From a virus: a stretch of 64,000 nucleotides of DNA. Shown here one piece after another: positions 1 through 11,100 of this stretch. The notes beneath the pieces are model-generated. The model ran no database searches and was not told the origin of the DNA. It was given only the letters and a program-made list of their open reading frames with translations. Each line of letters begins with the position of its first letter. The stretch's first letter is position 1. The translations under genes and the position numbers were made by a program. The DNA lies in the IMG/VR virus record IMGVR_UViG_3300030329_003954, positions 1-64,000 of that record. One strand, written 5' to 3'.

Positions 1-357
1 ATGGCTGGTAACCTTATCCCTATTCCTGGAGTGGGCCAGGGCATAGGTGCGCTTGCTGGCGGCATCATCGGCGGGATAATGGAGATCGTTGACCACACTA
101 AAGGCACAGAAGAAGAGCTTGCGAAGCAAAGGGCAAACGAAGAAAGAAAAGACAGAGAGCGAGCAGCGGCTAGATCTCAAGAAGCGTCTCAAATGCAGTT
201 CACTGCCGAATACATTAGAAGAAGCACAAGGGAAGCTCAGGTTTCCGATCCCAAAGTACAACAAATGCTCGTAGATAATCTGCGAGAAATTCGAAAAATG
301 AACAACCTACTAGCGGCTAGAGGTAATAAGGGCACACTCCCAATCGGGGATCAGTAA
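1..357 (+). CDS. C-terminal part of a probable tail tape measure protein (5' end outside the window)
   Basis: Gly-rich IPIPGVGQGIGALAGGIIGG followed by a helical tail; lies directly upstream of baseplate genes. Confidence 0.55.
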   Translation: MAGNLIPIPGVGQGIGALAGGIIGGIMEIVDHTKGTEEELAKQRANEERKDRERAAARSQEASQMQFTAEYIRRSTREAQVSDPKVQQMLVDNLREIRKMNNLLAARGNKGTLPIGDQ

Positions 358-362
358 TAAAC

Positions 363-1433
363 ATGGTAAGTTTTTTAAAAGATTTATTCAAAGGCTTTGA
401 TGGGAAGCTTAATAAGAACAAGCGACTTCTTCAAGAGAGAGCCCACTTAACTCTAGAGTTCCCCCACAGCGAGGATAGAGTTATTAGAACCTTCATCCCT
501 TTTTTGGAGAACCCTTCGATAAAGGAGAGAGGCAAAGCTAATCTTAATGAGTATAACCTAGTTGGTCGAGCCGGTCAATTGTTCTCTTATGGAGGGGCTC
601 AGTCGAGAAGGTTCTCAGTAACGTTTAACTTTAGCTTATTGCACTTAATTGAAGTCAATCTTGAAGAGGGCATAACTGATAAATTTACCAGACAATTTAA
701 AACTTTTTTCACTGAGAGGGAACAGGCTATTGAACTATTTTCACTTGTGAATGAAATAAACACCGAAAGAGAGGCACAATCTCTGGGGCTACAAAGTGTA
801 GAGTTCACAGATCAGAATGTAAAAAATATTACCAAGAAACTTAATGAAAAGCAGAGAGTGACAGATATTAGTATTGAAGATCCTCAGGGCAAAGGAAGAA
901 ATCACGCACAAATCAACAGAAAATACTACCGGAAGATAGCTGGTTTAATAACTAATCAAGAGCCTTTCTTTGATGCTGAAGCAGTTGTAGACAGCTTGCT
1001 TCCATTCACGGTTAATGATGAAGAGGAAGATCAGGATAACGTAAAAACATTAAATGATTCCATAGATCTCATTTATGTTTGGTTAAACTTAATTAGAGCT
1101 TCTGTTCTCAACCGATCAGACAATACGATTTATGGGCCACCCATTGTTAGGTTAACTCATGGCGCAATGTATAACAATATTCCATGCCTAGTAGAAAACT
1201 ATGACATAAATATAATAGAAGAAGCTGGATATGAAGTCACAACTCTCACTCCCAAAAGACTAGAAATTACCATGAACATGGTAGAAACAAGAACTGGTGA
1301 CTTTGGCGATTACGCTGCTGGCAGGGTCGTGACTGGAGATAACCTAACTGGTTGGGAGTCTATTATAGGTAATAATGAATTAGACCCATACAACGGAATT
1401 GTTGGTCAATCTGGAGATTTTAATGACTTATAA
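363..1433 (+). CDS. Baseplate tail-tube initiator / tube-like protein (gp48/gp54-like)
   Basis: NLVGRAGQLFSYGGAQSRRFSVTF and GPPIVRLTHGAMYNNIPCLV resemble tube-fold baseplate proteins; lies between tape measure and LysM gene. Confidence 0.55.
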   Translation: MVSFLKDLFKGFDGKLNKNKRLLQERAHLTLEFPHSEDRVIRTFIPFLENPSIKERGKANLNEYNLVGRAGQLFSYGGAQSRRFSVTFNFSLLHLIEVNLEEGITDKFTRQFKTFFTEREQAIELFSLVNEINTEREAQSLGLQSVEFTDQNVKNITKKLNEKQRVTDISIEDPQGKGRNHAQINRKYYRKIAGLITNQEPFFDAEAVVDSLLPFTVNDEEEDQDNVKTLNDSIDLIYVWLNLIRASVLNRSDNTIYGPPIVRLTHGAMYNNIPCLVENYDINIIEEAGYEVTTLTPKRLEITMNMVETRTGDFGDYAAGRVVTGDNLTGWESIIGNNELDPYNGIVGQSGDFNDL

Positions 1434-1713
1434 GAATCACTTAAAAGCGGGCTTTAGGGAGACTACTCATCGAGATAAGAAAGTTGTATCTTCTTTAAAC
1501 TCCACTGAGTTTCAATCTTTTTTAAAAAGCTTAACTGAGTCCTCATACAAAGTCGGCACTATCCCTCCTGGATTTGAGCATAGAGCGGATAAAATTGCTG
1601 ATCTATTCTACGAGTCTCCTGATCTTGATTGGCTTGTTTGTTGGGCTAATAACGTTTCTGATCCTTTTCAGCAATTAAACGCTGGAGATCGTATTAAGAT
1701 ATTAGACCTGTAG
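1423..1713 (+). CDS. Baseplate wedge protein, LysM/gp53-like
   Basis: HRADKIADLFYESPDLDWLVCWANNVSDPFQQLNAGDRIKI; start moved to ATG 1423 with GGAG upstream. Confidence 0.75.
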   Translation: MTYKNHLKAGFRETTHRDKKVVSSLNSTEFQSFLKSLTESSYKVGTIPPGFEHRADKIADLFYESPDLDWLVCWANNVSDPFQQLNAGDRIKILDL

Positions 1714-1714
1714 C

Positions 1715-4444
1715 ATGAAGTCCTTCCCTTACAACGCGATCATCACAAAGTCTCCTGAAGTGATAGACTCCTTATTTTTCCCCACGAACAGGCAGAGGAT
1801 AAGTTTTGATCAATTTATAAGGGACTTACCAGAGGAAGATAAATCAAACCTTCTTGTTCTATCGCCAGGAAGAGGTTATGGCTTTTTAGAGCTTGACATA
1901 AACTTTCCTGAAGGTGGGGGTGTTAATAACTATGTTAATCTTAAGATGGTTGATACTTCAGAAATTGTTGATTTCTTTGTTGTTGATAGACATCCCGTGG
2001 ACAATGAAGTTATTAGAAGATTAGAAAGATCTGATAATTTTTTTAAAGACAAGATCCAAAAGCTAATAAAGAATTCAGGAAGGTTTTACTTGTCTTTTGG
2101 TGTTGGTGATGATCTTAGAAAATGGTCTGGCCCATACTCAATGCAGATTAGCAATGCGGTCATGAACGTAAATGCTGATGGAGTTAGGGAGATTGATTTA
2201 GGCTTTATTCCAAATCCTGAAAGTATTAAAGTATTCACAAACAGATTTTTTAATGACGCTGGTTACGCTCAGTTAGAATCCAAATTTGATTCTAAATCTA
2301 GAAAGAACAAAGAGATAGAAATAAGGACTGATTGTATTTTTGATGTTGAAAACGGCAGTCTCCCAGTTCGAAAGCCAGGGGGAGATAGTAGATGGAATTA
2401 CTGGGTTAGAAGAGTAGTAGCTGGATATTTAAACAACCTATACCCAGGCACGCCTGTCGGAAACATACTACCCTTATTTGGAACTGATCTTGATAGGCCA
2501 GCCGTAGGATCTAGTGATATAACTAATGGGATAATTAATATACCAAATGTAAATGAAAAAACAATTCTGGATCACGCTAAAAACTTAGCGAAGTTGGGGA
2601 TACTAATTACCGTTGAAGAAGAAGTTAAAGAATCTAAACCCAAAAAAGATCAAACTGAAAAAGTCTTACAGCAAAAGAGAGGACCTAACTCTACTATTGA
2701 TTCTGGCACAGTGGACTCTCCTGTGGATGCATTTAAGCAAGAAACAATTCCTGTTGACCCTGCATTTAAATCAGGCACAATTTCTGTAGACGCCGCACCT
2801 CTTGACCCATCAAGATTCGTAGCTGGAGAGTCGGACAATGAAAGGACAAATCGCATTGCTCGTGAGAGAAGAGAACTGAACTCATTAACCAGAGGGGGAC
2901 GTAGTATCCCAAGATCTAGCCAACCACCCTCTAGGGAAGAGATTCTTAATCGTTTAGCAGATGGGATATCACAGCCGGTGGTCGAATCTAAAGTAGCAAG
3001 ACAAAATCCAGACTATCTAGCAGAGACTGACAATCTTCTACCTCCAGTCATTAAGAAAGCTAAAATGACTATGATGCATAGGTGGAAAGCCGAGGACACC
3101 TCAGACTCTCTAAACACTTTAATGGCTCCCCTCTACACTTTTTACAGAGGTGTGAGACAACGTCGAAGCAAGAACATTCAATTTACAATGTTTGAAGAGA
3201 CAGACTCACACATTCTCAAATTCTTGAAAGAGTCTAATGTGATAGAGGACGAAACCAAGCCCGTAATTGTTTTTGGTGAGAAAGAGATAATTAAAAACCT
3301 AATGTACCCTGCTCAGGAGTATGCCACTGTAGCTGCCGCTCATGAAAATAATGAGTTCAAAGACTTCCAAGGCTCTGCTGCTGGAAGTGAAGTTGGATTT
3401 GAATCAACTTTTACATACAACCCCACGGGCCGCTTGGGTGATTGGCCTAGGTATTCTAAGAAATTTGTAAATCACTTTTACAATTCTGTCAGAGGCCGCA
3501 CTTCTTCTTTCGGGGAGGCGATCGACTTTGGACCTTTCACTAAATCATTGAAAGATAAGGTAAAAGGCAGTGATTTGGTTTTCATGCATAATGTAAAAAA
3601 CACAAATGTTTTAGACGTTAGGTTTGAGAATGTAGGGTATTACGCGAGTTTATTAAGTTTAGCTGCGGAGTCTAAACTATTATCGGTGGCAAACAACAAA
3701 GCAACTTCTGAAATAATATCTGATAACAGATTGGGCTTATCGGAGATAGCTGAATACGTTTCTAAGAAAACAAAAGACATTCCAAAAGACGATATTAAGT
3801 TAAACGTCTTGGAGATGTTAAAAAAAGATAAAGGGCTTAAGAGACTTGTATTTTTAAAAGATGATTTAAAAAATACAAAAGTCGTAGACTTTTTAGATGT
3901 TATCACGTTCTTAGTAACAGGTGATGCCCTCCCTTCCCCAGGCCCCGTTGTAAAGGTACGACCTGGAGAGAGGCACAAAGTTTATGCTGATGTTCTAGAG
4001 GATATAAGCAAGTATACTATAAATGCAGATGTTAGAACCGTTCCATTCTTTAATCAACCCAAGCTTTTTGGAAGAGAGTGTTTTCTTTTTGGATTGAGCA
4101 ATAAAGTTGTCGGATCCATTCTAGATAAAACAAAAACATACGCTCCCTTTACCGGAAGATATCTAGTAGTGGGGACTAGACACTACATGTCTAGCAATGA
4201 TGCATTTTCAAGTTTTAAGTTGTTAAGAATAGATGCAGTGGGGAATCCTACTCAAGAGTCATTGGACATTTTAAACATGACCATTGGTGAGTTTGTGGGG
4301 GAGTTTATGAGTTACATGAACGTGAGGGTAGGAGAGGAGGAAGACCTAGAAAAGCTTGCTCAACGTGGTGAAGAGCGCGGTCTGTTTATTAAACCGGCTA
4401 TTCAAAGGTTTGTTAACTATTTTAAAAACTTATTTACGGATTAA
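1715..4444 (+). CDS. Baseplate hub protein (gp27/gpD-like) with a large central insertion
   Basis: C-terminal TGRYLVVGTRHYMSSNDAFSSFKLLR is typical of hub proteins; lies between LysM and spike genes. Confidence 0.55.
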   Translation: MKSFPYNAIITKSPEVIDSLFFPTNRQRISFDQFIRDLPEEDKSNLLVLSPGRGYGFLELDINFPEGGGVNNYVNLKMVDTSEIVDFFVVDRHPVDNEVIRRLERSDNFFKDKIQKLIKNSGRFYLSFGVGDDLRKWSGPYSMQISNAVMNVNADGVREIDLGFIPNPESIKVFTNRFFNDAGYAQLESKFDSKSRKNKEIEIRTDCIFDVENGSLPVRKPGGDSRWNYWVRRVVAGYLNNLYPGTPVGNILPLFGTDLDRPAVGSSDITNGIINIPNVNEKTILDHAKNLAKLGILITVEEEVKESKPKKDQTEKVLQQKRGPNSTIDSGTVDSPVDAFKQETIPVDPAFKSGTISVDAAPLDPSRFVAGESDNERTNRIARERRELNSLTRGGRSIPRSSQPPSREEILNRLADGISQPVVESKVARQNPDYLAETDNLLPPVIKKAKMTMMHRWKAEDTSDSLNTLMAPLYTFYRGVRQRRSKNIQFTMFEETDSHILKFLKESNVIEDETKPVIVFGEKEIIKNLMYPAQEYATVAAAHENNEFKDFQGSAAGSEVGFESTFTYNPTGRLGDWPRYSKKFVNHFYNSVRGRTSSFGEAIDFGPFTKSLKDKVKGSDLVFMHNVKNTNVLDVRFENVGYYASLLSLAAESKLLSVANNKATSEIISDNRLGLSEIAEYVSKKTKDIPKDDIKLNVLEMLKKDKGLKRLVFLKDDLKNTKVVDFLDVITFLVTGDALPSPGPVVKVRPGERHKVYADVLEDISKYTINADVRTVPFFNQPKLFGRECFLFGLSNKVVGSILDKTKTYAPFTGRYLVVGTRHYMSSNDAFSSFKLLRIDAVGNPTQESLDILNMTIGEFVGEFMSYMNVRVGEEEDLEKLAQRGEERGLFIKPAIQRFVNYFKNLFTD

Positions 4445-4445
4445 A

Positions 4446-5531
4446 ATGAAAATAGTAAAAGGACAAGTTGTATCGAATGTTGACGGAACTAGGTCAGGTG
4501 TGTTCATGGCAAAGTTTCCTAGCATAAACGCAGGGGCTCATCCAGTTACTTACACTTCACCGTTTTTCAAAGTAAACGCTGGAGGTTTTCTTGCGATACC
4601 CGAGGTGAACGATGAAATTTTAGCAGTCTTTAATCCTGATCCACCAGACGATGAGCAGATGTTTTACTATCATTCTACCATCGTATCTAAGAAAAACCTA
4701 AGCTCTGAAGAAGAGAATTCTAACTTCAAGGTTATACCAGACAATGATAGGCAAGTTTATGGTGATAAATCAAAGCCAGTCATGCAGCATTTTACAAATC
4801 ATGCAGGTGCTGGATTATACATCCATAGAGAATTTACAGCGTCTAAAATCAGCAATAACGTCACCATGCGATCTGAAGGTGGTGAAGAGGTGAACGTGGG
4901 TCCGGTGGGTGTTCAAATACGAAATGCTGATGGAGATTCCATTATTTTAAATGGGGCGGAGCCTAATGATGCTTACGCAGCTAGATCTCTCTCGATCGAG
5001 ACCAGGGGATCCCAGCAGTATAAATGCACTGGCTCAGATATTAACATGCGTATTGTAGACGGTGGAGATATTAATATTGAGAACAACTCAACAGGACTTA
5101 TGTCCTTGGGTAAGTGGTTTGGTAATATCAGACTAAAAAGTAGGTTTCGTAATATTGATTTAGCAGCCCTTGGTCCTGCAAGTCATGTAAATATCTATAC
5201 ACTTGGAGCAACCATTCAAGTAGATGGAACAGGAGCAGTGAAAGTTTTAGCAGCAGGAAATATAGATTTTAATAGTGCTGGCTCGATTAATCTTAATGGA
5301 GCTTTGGGCGTTAATATCTTTGGAGGTCAGGGACTTAATTTAGGATCAACAGGTTCAGTGGCCCTAAATGGGGCTAGCATCCTTCAGAATGGGATTCCTC
5401 TATTATTCTCGGCAGGAGCACCTGGATCCGATTTTACTAATAGCACACCCGTCCCTGGCGGTGCTGGCATACCTGCTCCTCCACCAACTTTCACACCTAA
5501 CGATTATCTTGATCCTGGAGGTGCAGTTTAA
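4446..5531 (+). CDS. Baseplate central spike (gp5/gpV/VgrG-like OB fold plus beta-helix)
   Basis: GGFLAIPEVNDEILAVF OB-fold motif; short Gly-rich beta repeats; no lysozyme domain seen; start moved to ATG 4446. Confidence 0.7.
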   Translation: MKIVKGQVVSNVDGTRSGVFMAKFPSINAGAHPVTYTSPFFKVNAGGFLAIPEVNDEILAVFNPDPPDDEQMFYYHSTIVSKKNLSSEEENSNFKVIPDNDRQVYGDKSKPVMQHFTNHAGAGLYIHREFTASKISNNVTMRSEGGEEVNVGPVGVQIRNADGDSIILNGAEPNDAYAARSLSIETRGSQQYKCTGSDINMRIVDGGDINIENNSTGLMSLGKWFGNIRLKSRFRNIDLAALGPASHVNIYTLGATIQVDGTGAVKVLAAGNIDFNSAGSINLNGALGVNIFGGQGLNLGSTGSVALNGASILQNGIPLLFSAGAPGSDFTNSTPVPGGAGIPAPPPTFTPNDYLDPGGAV

Positions 5532-8128
5532 TGGCATTTGATGCAAAAACGTTTTTAGCAGGTGGAGGCAGTATATCAAATTTAGCCACCTCTTTTGGTA
5601 TTCCTAGTTGTGCTCTCGGTCTTGCCAGCGATGTTCTAGGTTTAATCCCAACCCCCATTCTTTTGGCTCTTCGTCAGGCGATGGTGGCGGCAACCCAAAT
5701 AGCTGATGCCATTATAAAAAGAATTAACTCTTACATTAGAGATCTTTTAGGTATTTCACTGTTTCCTAATAGAGATGGATTTTTTGGTTTCTTCTCAAAT
5801 TCCTCTAGATTTGGATTAGATCTATTTGCTGGTATTACAGCGGCAATAGGAGCATTCCTTGCCGTGGTAGGCACGATTCAAGCATTAGAGACAAAGCTTG
5901 AAGAGGCCAAAAAGTGCATGAAGTCCTTCAAGGATTACTTGGACTTTACAGGAGGTAACGCTGCCAAGAAAAGGGAGGAACTGGCAGATCTAAGTCCTGA
6001 GATTTACAAAGAATTAATAGATTCTCAGTTTTCTGTTTATCTTGATCAAGCTCAACAAGCTCAAGACTTTATAGATGAGGCAAACGCTCAAATAGCTGTC
6101 ATTGATGGCATCCTTCTTGCTAGAACTTTAGATCCCTCCTTGGAGCCTGGGGAGGAAGACGAGATCACCGAATCGGTATTTCGCCTTGAAGCTGGTCCTC
6201 CAAAGTCAACATCTGGTAAATTTATCCTATCCGTTGACGGGTTATACTACGATTCTCAAACCGATGGAATTCAACCTGCCCTCCTTGAGCTTGCTGAAAG
6301 AGAGGACGACCTTAAATTTAAAGAAAGAGGATTTACCAACGGAGATCTTTGGAAACTTGAATTTGATCCCAGCTTAGGTGGTAGAGGCATTCCCTTAACA
6401 TCCAATGACTTAAGATATTATTTCAATAGTATATTAGATCCTGATCAAGTTGATAACTCACGGACAATTACAAAGTACTACAATCAGGATGAGCTTCTAT
6501 TAAGCTTAGAGGGGCAGAAAGATAGAAGAGTTTTCGATGTTTCATCTGAGTTACAAGAGTTAATTGATGACAACTCATCTCAAGCGATTATTGATAATAT
6601 GCGTCAAGTAATGTTTTCTGATACCGCTCAGTTCCAAGACAGAATCAATAAACGAAAGAAGCAAATTGAATTAGCTGTTAAGATTCCCACTTTCTTAGGT
6701 AAGGGTCCTCAGTATACTCCAGGTAACGTCCCTGTCAACGACTTCTCGTACTTAGCTGGGTCTAACTTTTTAGTGGATATTGAAAATCAACGTAAAATTA
6801 CTTTAGATCAAACTGATGTGACAGGCGTAGTATTACCACTAGAAGTTAAATTTACTGAGAAGATTGAAACTACGGACACGGTGTTCCTTGATCATATTCT
6901 TCTTGCTAATGTTGCCAGGGGTGAAACAGTCGCATCTCCTTTAGAGCCTTCTGCCGCTTCGTTACAAATAACGGATAGGATAGTGGAGGATGATTTGTTT
7001 GCTCTATACAATTATCTATCAGTTGAAACTGATAACCCCTCAGGCTCTAACTTTGGAAATCACAATTCAAGCCGGTTAGGAGTTGATGTTAACTCTCAAA
7101 TAGTTGGTGATTTCTCCAGCATTTTCGATAGGGGTCTGGGTGTTCCCTTCTTTAGTGGAGTCTCCTTTCCTAAGGAGGGATCATCTGAAATTGAAAGCAT
7201 GGGTAGTTATGTTAAACTTCCTGAAAACTCTGATTTTCAAGATTTCCTCTACAACACCAATGGAGCCACCTTTGAATCTTGGGTACATATGCCCGATTTA
7301 GATGGGACTACGTATGGTTGGAATATGCATGATAACAGTACGCTAGGATTATATAGATTAATTCTTGCTAATGAAAATGTAGGGTTGTCCGAGTCCAAAT
7401 CTCCTCAACCTAATATTAATAAATTACAAGCAGATAGTGGCACTGGTATTGTTCGGGGTGCTATACTTGGGTTTACACGAGACAGGAGATTTACATTGGG
7501 ATTGGACCCTAGCAATGATAATGGGGATAACGATATAGCTAACCTGTCTCTTGTTCTAGCTCCCACACAATCCTACGATTCCTCTAGCGCAGGATTTATT
7601 ACAAATAGTCAGAGAGATTGTAATAGAACTTCTCCCTATGGTTTGACGGTTCCTGTCTTCGATACCTTTAATGGAAAGTCACTATCCAGTTGTGGCAATT
7701 CCTTTGTGCAATTATCGGTGTCGTTAGACCCTCAAAAGGATGAAGTCAGAGTCTATGCTGACGGCGTCAAGCTGATGACATCTAGTTATCATGACGTTTT
7801 CCCAACTACAAGAACGGGGCAAACTTACAAAGCCCCTTCCATAAAACAGAACAATTCTTTTGAATATTCAGGAGGCCCTTCATTGGACACTTACTTTACT
7901 CCTTGGATTCTCGGAGGCGGATATACAGACGGATTATCAGCAGGCAACTTCATGGGAGGTGAGTTTGGCGGTAAAGTAAGCGGTTTGAAGGGTTACTTAG
8001 GATGTACTAGATTTTACTCAAAACCTCTTGATGACAGCGAGGTGCTAAATAACTACAAAGCAACTCAGAACTTCTTTAAGAATGTTGAAGTACCCAACTC
8101 TATGTGGGAACCCCTTGAGATACCGTAA
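5531..8128 (+). CDS. Virion/baseplate protein with a C-terminal LamG/concanavalin A-like domain
   Basis: ATFESWVHMP...VRVYADGV...WILGGG...LKGYLGCTRFYSKPLDDSEVLNNY; N-terminal hydrophobic helices and coiled coil. Confidence 0.6.
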   Translation: MAFDAKTFLAGGGSISNLATSFGIPSCALGLASDVLGLIPTPILLALRQAMVAATQIADAIIKRINSYIRDLLGISLFPNRDGFFGFFSNSSRFGLDLFAGITAAIGAFLAVVGTIQALETKLEEAKKCMKSFKDYLDFTGGNAAKKREELADLSPEIYKELIDSQFSVYLDQAQQAQDFIDEANAQIAVIDGILLARTLDPSLEPGEEDEITESVFRLEAGPPKSTSGKFILSVDGLYYDSQTDGIQPALLELAEREDDLKFKERGFTNGDLWKLEFDPSLGGRGIPLTSNDLRYYFNSILDPDQVDNSRTITKYYNQDELLLSLEGQKDRRVFDVSSELQELIDDNSSQAIIDNMRQVMFSDTAQFQDRINKRKKQIELAVKIPTFLGKGPQYTPGNVPVNDFSYLAGSNFLVDIENQRKITLDQTDVTGVVLPLEVKFTEKIETTDTVFLDHILLANVARGETVASPLEPSAASLQITDRIVEDDLFALYNYLSVETDNPSGSNFGNHNSSRLGVDVNSQIVGDFSSIFDRGLGVPFFSGVSFPKEGSSEIESMGSYVKLPENSDFQDFLYNTNGATFESWVHMPDLDGTTYGWNMHDNSTLGLYRLILANENVGLSESKSPQPNINKLQADSGTGIVRGAILGFTRDRRFTLGLDPSNDNGDNDIANLSLVLAPTQSYDSSSAGFITNSQRDCNRTSPYGLTVPVFDTFNGKSLSSCGNSFVQLSVSLDPQKDEVRVYADGVKLMTSSYHDVFPTTRTGQTYKAPSIKQNNSFEYSGGPSLDTYFTPWILGGGYTDGLSAGNFMGGEFGGKVSGLKGYLGCTRFYSKPLDDSEVLNNYKATQNFFKNVEVPNSMWEPLEIP

Positions 8129-11100
8129 TGCCAAAAATTAATCCTGATATCCCTGCAAACTCAGTTCAGTACTTCTCCAATGCTAGAGGAGTTAATTATC
8201 TCCCTTCGTTAGACTCAGAGTGGGAAAAGAGTGGATACCTACCTAGACCAGATTTTGTTACAGCGTTCGATCTTAATGCTAAAGGTAATTCGGACGGTTT
8301 GCCACCTCCTGCTCTCTTCACAGAAATTGGCGTTGCTGAGTCCAAAATTTTTGTAGGAGTTAATCCGGCATCAATATGGTATTACTATAATGAAAGTGAT
8401 CATGAGAAGGGATTAATTAAGTTAAAAAAATTAGGAATTAACTGTATACGAACTCCTTTATTCTATGACATTTACCATTTCAATGCCACCAGTTATTTAG
8501 AGAATGTAAAAAGTTTCTTAAAAATGTGCGACCGGCACAATATAAGAGTTCAGTTTGTTTTATGGGATTCTGAGCAAAGCACCAGAACTATTAGCTCTGT
8601 TAGCGGACTAGCTGCATTATCCGAGCAAGCAACACCAAATCTTACAACGGCATTAACTCTGGAGAAAGCTAGAAACCCTAATATTACTTTAGCAGCTTCC
8701 CCTTCATTTTTCAATGCATCGGCTGGCCCTTACATAGATGCTTTAGCTAGCTCTGTCTCATCTTATCAGTCTATGTGGTGCTTTGATTTGTGCAATAAGC
8801 CTACATCAGAATTTCTTAATTTAGCGGTATCTTCTCAAGCAAGACTTAATCAAAATTTATCATCAACAAACATAAAGTATACATTCTCCCCTAAGGATGG
8901 ATTAAATATATTTAATGACACAGATTACTTGGACAATGGTCGAGGCACTGGCCCGAGTGGTTCTTATGGTATTGAAGATATTAAGACGTTTTCTAGTTTG
9001 ATTGACTTTGTATCAGTTCCTTTTATTGCAAATAATGATTATGCATTTAACAGATATTTAAATGGATCTATAAGTGGAACCTCTTCTTCAGGTATAAATA
9101 AACCTTTCATGGTTTACGCGGCCTACGATCCTGAAGTTTCTCAGAATCTTAATACAACCTTAGATGTTCTTCAAGCTAGTTCTGTTGGATACTTCAATAA
9201 TTTGGGTGTTATTGACTCGCCTTTTAGTTTTGGATTTGATAAATTAAAATTTGGAAACATTTACTCTGATGGGGAGTATCGAGATCTTAAAGCTGCAAAC
9301 TCCCTGCTTCTTAAAGCTCAAGATGCTAATTGGTTCAATAGGAGGGATATATCTAAAGCTGCTAATCTTAAAGAAAAACAAGAAAGTTCTTTCTCGGGAA
9401 CTTCCAATGAACTAACAACTTTAGATAGCTCTGTATCCCCGAAAGCGGTCCAATCGTGGGACATCCTTAAAAATTATTACGTAAACGCTGGTCCTAATCT
9501 TCTTGAAGGGCTCGGTAGATCTGATAAAGCTTCTCAGAAATTTAAAGCTGGATTTGATTCTGAATTTAGTCAATCAGTAAATCACAATGTGATGGCTTCC
9601 TCGTTTAACGATAACAGCTTAGAGGAAAATCTTAGGATACTTTATAATTTTGATACTCACTTTCCCCCTCTGTCTAACTTCACTTTTTCTGTTTCGGGTG
9701 ATAATTGGCAAAAGATTAATGAGTCAATGGTCATAAGAAATGGATTTTTACAATCCCTTGCCAAGTTTGTGGTTGATTATGATTCTGATACCGTGGGGTA
9801 TGCGGAGCTTAGAAACAGCACATATGATACGAACCCAATTCCTGATTATGAAAGGGGCGTATTGACGGAATTAATAGAGTTTATGACGGACTCCTTTACT
9901 ATACAATCAGGCGGTAAAAAGGGCGAAGTTTGGACTAGAAATCCAACTACTACAAAAATAACAGATCTGTCATCTACCTTTACCTACGAATATGCTTATG
10001 CTTTCTATGGAGTTTCAGATAGCGGGACGGACTTTTCTAACTACTATGATAATTATTACGAGAAATTAGTAAACCAACTTAAGAAATGCTTAATGTGGAT
10101 ATTTTGGAAGGGGACCACAGATACTGAGTTTAAGATTGTCAGTGATTCCTTCCTAAGCGATATATCTTTTGTAGCTTCCTCAATAAGTTCTGTTGAGATT
10201 TATGATTCGACCGTGACTGCTAATGATACCTACACTCCAGGAAACCTGAACTCTGTAAAGTCACCTCTCTACACCGTTGAAGTTTACAACCCATCTACAA
10301 GTCTTTGGGCTTCTTCCTTTGTGACAGTTGTATCAGGTCAGGCAAGACAGATAACAAGCGAGCAAGCTACGGGTCCTTTCTCTTCTTACGGTATAGGGGT
10401 TAGTGGGTCTAACGCCCCGATTAGCTTTACAACTTTCGGAACGAGTGGTATCGCTAAGGTAAGAGTTAAGAAAACTAACGCGCAGTCAATTACATCAAGT
10501 GAGGTGTATCCTAAGAGAAGCTCTAAGATTAGACAACCAAGCATTTTTACATTTGGTGACGCATCTACAAGAGGTATTGAGTTTACTACTTACATTGGTG
10601 ATAAGTTATATATTGAAATAGACGGCAATACAAGTGCTCCTTTGTGTATATTCGCGGATCCTTTCAAACCTGCGATACCTTCTGGACTGACAACCTATGC
10701 AGGCCAGAACAGAGCCACCTACAGTAGAGAATCCAATCTCAATTTAACTTCTGGCACAAATTCATACAACACAGTTAATTGGGATGTTAGTGCTAATCGG
10801 TTTACCTCATACCCTGATAGTCTTTACTTTCCGCCAGGGGTGCATGACCTAAGTGCAGGACTTCCATTATCTTCTAACACGGTTGTGTACATTGATGCTA
10901 ACGCTTATATCAAAGGTGGATTTGATCTTGTAAGCGGCTATGATTGTAGATTCTTAGGTAGGGGTCTGATCTCAGCAGAGATGTATCCTAGACAACCCTT
11001 TATAGAGTCTGTTAAATCTGATATTTCAGACGACGCTGCTGGCTTTTATATGCCCATAGGCATTAGTGTATCTTCTGTATCCGAACAATACCCAGGAGCA

